The notes under the pieces are model-generated. The model was not told the DNA's origin and did no database searches. It worked only from the letters and a program-made list of their open reading frames with translations. This document shows, piece after piece, positions 58,286-64,000 of a stretch of 64,000 nt of DNA; positions within the stretch are counted from its first letter, which is position 1, and every line of letters begins with the position of its first letter. A program made the translations under genes and the position numbers. Source of the stretch: Macrostomum lignano (lineage: Eukaryota); NCBI GenBank assembly GCA_002269645.1, contig NIVC01000313.1:5492-69491 (forward strand), given 5' to 3'.

Positions 58286-58687
58286 ATGACAACAAATAAC
58301 TTTCTTGAAGATTTGGCTAACGAACTGGAAATCCCAAACTTTAAAGGAATATTTATGAGGGACACTCTGCCTGATTTTCCTCTAAGAAAAGAATGCGGCA
58401 TCATGAACTTTGACACCGCCGATAAGCCATGATCTCATTGGGTTTGCTGGGTGATTGATCCCGATCGCAAGCACAAGTGTTATTACTTCGATAGCTATGG
58501 GACGGCAGTACCAGAAAAGCTAAGAAATTATATGAAGGGAAAAAATAATAAAAAAATTTACCGCTCAGACTTTATTCTTCAAGGTCTTAGCAGTGATATT
58601 TGCGGTGAGCTGTGCATGACTGTTTTGTATGCAATGACCAAAACACGAAAGACCTACAAGGAAATTATTCTTGGCTGTGTTTCATAG
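58286..58687 (+). pseudogene. Adenain-like cysteine protease; in-frame TGA at 58430
   Basis: FKGIFMRD.LP...ECGIMNFD..KP*SHWV...YYFDSYG...Q....ICGELC: His, Asp, Gln and Cys in order; the stop lies at the usual G of G(S/T)HW. Confidence 0.9.
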
Positions 58688-58691
58688 GGGT

Positions 58692-59419
58692 TCATTGTGC
58701 ATTTCTCGTCGTCCTTCTTGCCGACTTTCTTGCCGACTTTCTTTCCACATAATGTTGAAGAACTTTCTCGAGTTCATTTTTCAGCTGACTCATGTCATCA
58801 GTACCGACCATGTTCAAGTTCATTCGAATTGATTGTTCATAAAGATCCTGAATGGTTTTAAACTCATCCTCTGAAATGAACTTATCCTCGATTGCCCTTG
58901 AAATGTACCCTATGATTGATGTGTGCACCCCTTTCTCTTTTACTTGCTTCTCCTGTAGCTGCTTTAGTTTTTTCGCCTGTTTCGCGCTACTGCTCCAGTA
59001 ATTGCTGAAATAAGTCCACATGCAGCACCTACTGAACCAAGTGGGATTGCGATTGGGGCTGTGATGACTGGCAACGTTGAGACAGCTGCAGCAGATCCAG
59101 ATAGAACAGACACAGATCCTAGAATCATATTGCTGTAGTCGAAAAATTTTCAGTGGCTGTCATAGCGCTTAATTTTCTTTGTGTTGTGGAAAATATTTTT
59201 TTCAAGATCATCTCGCATTTTTTGAATCTCCACCAGTCGAAACTGTTGAGAGTTCCAAGTAATGACGGGGTAGAGTTTTTGTTGCTCATATTGAGGTGCA
59301 TTCAGATTCGGTGCATTCAGGCTTTGTGTGTTCGAATTCGGTGCCATTGGGTTTGGTGCTGTCGGTATTTTAGGTTCAACGTATTGAGACTGATCGTATA
59401 GAGAATTTTGTTGGGCCAT
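58692..59419 (-). pseudogene. Membrane protein of Polinton-like architecture, frameshifted
   Basis: FRLVEIQKMRDDLEK...KRY, then hydrophobic ILGSVSVLSGSAAAVSTLPVITAPIAIPLGSVGAACGLISAITGAVA (in another frame), then ISRAIEDKFISEDEF. Confidence 0.6.
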
Positions 59420-59505
59420 TTTTTTCCCTAGAAAAAAAAATTATAAAACTATCCGGTTGAAAGATCTGTTTTCTTTTTGATAATTCCATCTGCACCGCCG
59501 GTTGT

Positions 59506-60315
59506 CTAGGCGGCTCTCGTGACGCCGGAGGATCGCGAGTCCAGCAGGCAGCGGCTGGGCGGCTGACGTTTGAGAGCGTGCCGGATTACTCCGGCGGGGT
59601 CCAGAGCTCCTTCTACTCGATCTGTAGACATGACCGGACGAGCAGCAGATTCTGCTTCATCAATAGCAATATCACGAAGATTGAGTGTTCTCTCCAGACG
59701 ATTAAGCCTCCTTAGTATTTTACCCCAAGAGCTATACATTCCGTTTAGATAGCTACTGTGTGATACATCGTTTCTCTTTAATGCTTCAAGTCTTTCTTTA
59801 ATTCTATCATGCAACGATGTTGACTGGTTCATGAACTCTTCTAAATTATTGACTTTAACTGTGTTGGTTGCGACGTTTTCTTTAATTCTATCATGCAACG
59901 CTGTTGACTGGTTCATGAACTCTTCTAAATTATTTACTTTAGCTGTGTTTGTGAAAACTCCTCCTTCAAGAATACGCATCCGTCTATCAATGGAATTTCC
60001 CAGAAGATTAACTGATGATCTCAAGCCGTTGATTAGCGAGACTATCGAAGTTATTTCTGACCTTAGTTCATTAGTTGCGTTTAACAACGGCACATAAAGC
60101 TTATCACTTTCAAACTTCTGCCTAGCTACTTTAAGCCTGAGATCTTCCATGTTGATTTGCAACTGGTGCATGGAGCGCTCTAGGGCTTTCAGTCTGTTTT
60201 TATTCAGTTTGATCTCTGGGATCTCTTCATCAGTGTTAATGTAGCGCTTGTCAAGGAAGGAAGTTGTGAGAGTGCTGTTGCCTGTAGTTGACTCACCTGC
60301 AAAATTAATAGACAT
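59506..60315 (-). CDS. Coiled-coil protein (269 aa) with an internal 28-aa duplication
   Basis: Open ORF with heptad character; 84-bp direct repeat starting at 59795 and 59879 (VNNLEEFMNQST.LHDRIKE x2). Confidence 0.7.
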   Translation of the reverse strand: MSINFAGESTTGNSTLTTSFLDKRYINTDEEIPEIKLNKNRLKALERSMHQLQINMEDLRLKVARQKFESDKLYVPLLNATNELRSEITSIVSLINGLRSSVNLLGNSIDRRMRILEGGVFTNTAKVNNLEEFMNQSTALHDRIKENVATNTVKVNNLEEFMNQSTSLHDRIKERLEALKRNDVSHSSYLNGMYSSWGKILRRLNRLERTLNLRDIAIDEAESAARPVMSTDRVEGALDPAGVIRHALKRQPPSRCLLDSRSSGVTRAA

Positions 60316-60331
60316 TTTTTTAAATAAAAAA

Positions 60332-61131
60332 TTAAAGTAAAATTCTTCTCTCCTTATTAATCAGGACAAACTGATAGGGTTGGTTCCACTTTTCATGGCA
60401 TATGTTAACAAATTCCTCCTGTGATATTGTTCTGTTAGAGTTCTTAGCTGGATATGTAATGTGAGCTGGGGCAATGACCTCATTATAAAATCGTTTCAGT
60501 CGATCCTGTGGTATGGTTGGGAAAAGGAGAATCAAATTACAGTTACCTCTAATTGTTTTATTTGGCAGTTCAAACCAGTTTTGGGCAATGTAAATAACAT
60601 TGCAATTATTATGTCTACCCGGGTGAAATAATTTTCTATCTGTTTCTGGGGACCGGTCATGCAGTCATCGAAGACAATCAGGTGCTTTCTCCCTTTTCTA
60701 GTTCATCAAGTTGAGGTAAGAGTTTAGTTTTAGGATCTATCTGTGGATCTCCATAAGTGAAAACTTTAATGCTTTTGCCATTTTTCATTGTCTGGGATGT
60801 GCTTTGCGTATTCAGTGGCTACAACTTCCGGGTTGCTGTTGAGGTCTTTTTGATGTCTAAAACATTGAATAATATCTTCCTTGTTGAGTTTGTTCTGTAG
60901 GCCCGCTACTAGCATTTTATACTCATCTTGATACAGAGTGGGTGAATAGATATGTAGTGTGTCATAATCGAGGAATCCAGGTCTGAGGAGCATGTTAAAA
61001 ACTCTGAAGGTTTTCCCTGACCCAGATGAGCCAACAACAATGCATCGGAAGTGCCCTGGAATTATCTCGTTGTGAGCAAATTTTATCTGATTGCGTGTCC
61101 AGTGGGGATGAAAGTCGTTTGTGAAGTCCAT
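60332..61131 (-). pseudogene. A32/FtsK-like genome-packaging ATPase, three frameshifts
   Basis: Walker A GSSGSGKT; Walker B HLIVFDD; FTR(G)RH and VIYIAQ recovered by single-base corrections in homopolymer runs. Confidence 0.9.
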
Positions 61132-61329
61132 TTTTTATGTAAAAAAACTTTTTCTTTTTAAACTTGTGTATTTAAAACGCGTGTGTCTTTTTTCGGGATG
61201 TGTATGTGTGTGTCTTTTTTCGGGTTGTGTGTGTCTCTTTGCGGGATGTGTGTGTCTCTTTTTTTTACTAGTCCTACATCCGACTAGTCCTACACCCTCA
61301 CACCTCTTTTACCGTCAGGGTGCACCAAA

Positions 61330-61710
61330 TTAGTCAAATTTAAAACCGCCTCCTTTCTTATATTCAGCTCTCATCTTTGCGTAGATGGCTGGATCGACAC
61401 TATCTGCACTCGGTGCAAGGGGTTGAATATCTGGTATTGATTTCCGGGTTTCATTAACCGTATCCTTTATCTTTTTGGCTGCTGTGGCTACACTGCCAGC
61501 CGCTTCGGCAACGTTCTTGATGTTCTCTTTGTTCTCTCCAATGACCTTAAAAATCTTGGCCCCTTGAGCGATCAAATCAGCAAGGCCATTCCCAGAGCGT
61601 TCTTTTCTTGGATAGTGGCCTGCAGGGAAAAGTCCAGATCCGCGTTTAATGAGATTAAGTTCCTCTTTGTCGTAGTATTTGTCAATGTCTTTTTCGAAAA
61701 TAATTGGCAT
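61330..61710 (-). CDS. Small putative virion core/cement protein (126 aa from ATG at 61710)
   Basis: Repeated basic-G-x-G motifs (KRGSG, RSGNG, KKGGG) and an amphipathic LADLIAQGAKIFKVIG segment. Confidence 0.55.
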   Translation of the reverse strand: MPIIFEKDIDKYYDKEELNLIKRGSGLFPAGHYPRKERSGNGLADLIAQGAKIFKVIGENKENIKNVAEAAGSVATAAKKIKDTVNETRKSIPDIQPLAPSADSVDPAIYAKMRAEYKKGGGFKFD

Positions 61711-61976
61711 CTTTTTAAATAGAAATTTATTTTTTGTTAAACCGTGAAAGCAAAAGTTCTCTTGCTCTTTTATCGATATATTTTCTCTCAAGCATTTTGT
61801 CCAGGATGTTGACAAATTCTTTTCTATTCTCGTCTTTCATTCCGGTCTTTGCCGCTCCTAGAAGAACAGCTAACCGCTTGTAGAATTCAGGCATGCCTTT
61901 TCCGGAAGAGCTTGGAGGTGATTCGAATGATTGGTCAGAGGAGGAACTGTCATGTGGCGCTTGTCTTTGTTAAGGT

Positions 61977-62965
61977 GTGAATACTCTGTCATTGATTCGC
62001 TTCATTCGTTCTGGGGAGAGCCGCTCTAATTGTCGCCAAGTATCAGGGTTTGTATCTTTGTACTGGGAAATCTCATTTGGCCCTGCTTTTTCAAGCGCTT
62101 CTAGTACTTGTTCGGGTGTGATTTGTTGCTGTGGCGGTGGAGGTTGTTGTGGTTGTGTTTGTGTTTGTGGTTGCTGCTGTTGTGGTTGCTGTGGTTGTTG
62201 TTGTTGTTGACTGCGGACCGAGCTCGGAATAACCGGACCAGGTGCTGTTGCTGGTTGTTGTGGCTGTGGTTGTTGTGTTGTGTTGTCTTAAGACCTCTTC
62301 TTGATCCGGCAAACCAAACCATTGTTTAAAGTATTTGTATTTTCTAAACCTGTTCAAGTCAATCCTGTTTTCATGTAAAATTTCAAAACACCGTCGTTCT
62401 TGAGCATATCTATATCCCTCTCTAAAGCGAAGGTAACAAGATCTTTGTAATTTTCGAACTGCTTTTTAGACGTTTTCTCTAGATTTTTAGTCATGTAGTC
62501 GAGTAAACTTTGAGTGAATGGGATTCGTTTAGTTTCTGCGCCTTTATTGATTAAAATATTTCCTTTTTCACTTCAATGTTGTAATCCGCCGTTCCCCGGT
62601 AATATTTTTTCGCCAGGCGCTAATTCCAAAAAATATATTTTCCATCATCCAATACGGGGCCAAAAAAGTTATCCGTCACTTTCATCTGCACTGGTTGTCC
62701 TGGTTGCTGAGCCTGTGGTTGTCCCGGTGAAGATGGGATTTTACCCAATGTGTTTTGCAAGTGGCTCTCTTGAATATCATCAACTGCTTCCTTCACAGTG
62801 TCGAGGTTTTTCTTCGCTTCTGTGTATCCGGGTTTGTGAAATTCGTGGCTGCTTGGACAAAATCATTGTAGGATTGTTGCTCCTTATTACTAGCCGGTAA
62901 CTCGTTTCTCTGCTTAGTGCTAGCTTCTCCAATTCAGATATCTGCTGTGTACTTTTTCGCTTCAT
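61977..62965 (-). pseudogene. Decayed Polinton-type ORF with a Gln/Pro-rich C-terminal tract
   Basis: ATG at 62965; fragments TDNFFGPVLDDGKYIF and IPFTQSLLDYMTKN..ENYKDLV; then QQPQPQQP...QQQQPQQPQQQQ...PPPPQQQ and a unique tail to TAA at ~61977. Multiple frameshifts. Confidence 0.5.
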
Positions 62966-62995
62966 TTCTTATTTATATTTTTTTTTAGTTGAAAA

Positions 62996-64000
62996 ATGAA
63001 CGACCCACTGACACCAGTTTTCTACAAAATAAACAAGCCTATTTTGAGTGATGATAGCACAATCAAAGCGATTCAGGTAAGAGTTCCAGTCAGGAAAATC
63101 AGAATGAAACTAATCTTGGTCCTGGCCAAACACTGACATTCACATACAATGGATGTTCGTCTTGGTTAGTGTGCACAGTCTTAAGAGCGGCTTCCATATG
63201 ACATTTCAATTCAAGACAAAGGGTGGTGCGGATGCGGCTCGTGCTAAACGTTGACAAGCATGATGCGGATGTGGCTCTGATTAGTAACTTTTAGGCGTAC
63301 ATGTTCAAGAGTTTAGTGTATCGAATGGAGCACAGAGCAATATCATCCATGTCTATGACGCTCATTGTTGATCGAGAATCCTGATTTTATTTCAGTTGGG
63401 AAGTGTGCGGTTTATTGCAGACGAAAAGAAGGAGATATCAATGACAGTGGTTAAAAATAGGAAGAAGAGATACGACTATGCATTGCAAGGTGCAGATGAT
63501 GCTGCTAAGAACCGCGCAGTATCGGTCTGTTGATGTATTTGTGCCACTTAGATTTATGAGTGGATTCTGTAATACATTTAATCGACTGACTAGTAACTTT
63601 AGCTACACATTTAGACTGACTAGAGATGATCGCAGTAGAGTGTTGTGGACTGGGCGACCACACTGGATGGCTGTGAAGCTAACCGGAATCGAGCTGTATT
63701 TGGAAGTCATTGAGCCAAAGACTGCACTAAAAGCGGATTATCTTAAGGCAATAGAGAAGGACATTGATGTTGCATACACCCCTACATGTGTCGAGATGAG
63801 CGAAACGAAACTAGAACAAACATCTGCATCAAAGAGGGATCATGCAGCAATCCAAGGTATATCATTATTAATATGAGAAACCCAAATAGCATTATACGCT
63901 ACATGCATGGAGACGTTCGGTCCATTCAGCATGAAATCAGTGATAATCTTTACCTGCGCACTGCCACAAAATGGAGATTTCAGTCAGAACAAGATTAGCA
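62996..64000 (+). pseudogene. Major capsid protein (double jelly-roll, Polinton PY/hexon-like), decayed and truncated by the window end
   Basis: DDSTIKA; VALISNF*AYMFKSLVY; VFVPLRFMSGFCNTF..L......FRLTRDD; VKLTGIELYL; PRYIII: colinear with the Polinton capsid motif order as I recall it, across frameshifts. Confidence 0.7.

Larger units (their letters stand above)
50360..64000. mobile_element. Polinton/Maverick (adintovirus-like) endogenous virus, partly decayed; left boundary uncertain, continues past the window end
   Basis: Compact cluster of pPolB, DDE integrase, cysteine protease, A32/FtsK-like ATPase, capsid-like ORF and PLA2 with very short intergenic spacers. Confidence 0.93.

Noticed and set aside
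53944-58432. TGA recoding (Gly/Trp) in the viral genes, suggested by three in-frame TGAs at conserved positions
   Set aside because: TGA is also the apparent true stop of the PLA2, pX-like and membrane ORFs, and frameshifts show general decay; point mutation (GGA or TGG to TGA) is simpler.

Overview
Repeat-rich eukaryotic genomic DNA. GT-AG introns, CCCTAA/TTAGGG tracts and the metazoan-type transposons point to an animal, probably an invertebrate. From 1 to 50 kb the window is a mosaic of decayed or nested mobile elements: LOA/R1-type LINEs with RNase H, RTE-like and Penelope-like elements (the latter with a minimal hammerhead ribozyme), Gypsy remnants, a tRNA-headed SINE in two copies with TSDs, a foldback/MITE with an 8-bp TSD, and an EnSpm/DUF4806-like remnant. 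It also holds satellites, a subtelomere-like block, and two paralogous minus-strand host genes with two WSC domains each. From about 50.4 kb to the end lies a Polinton/Maverick (adintovirus-like) endogenous dsDNA virus. It encodes a parvovirus-type phospholipase A2, an intact DDE integrase, an adenovirus pX-like ORF, a protein-primed PolB (broken), an adenain-like protease (one stop), a packaging ATPase (frameshifted), membrane, coiled-coil and core-like ORFs, and a decayed major capsid gene that runs off the window. A spliced ORF and palindrome arrays lie at its left side. All family assignments come from manual motif recognition; no searches were run. Boundaries marked ~ are approximate.
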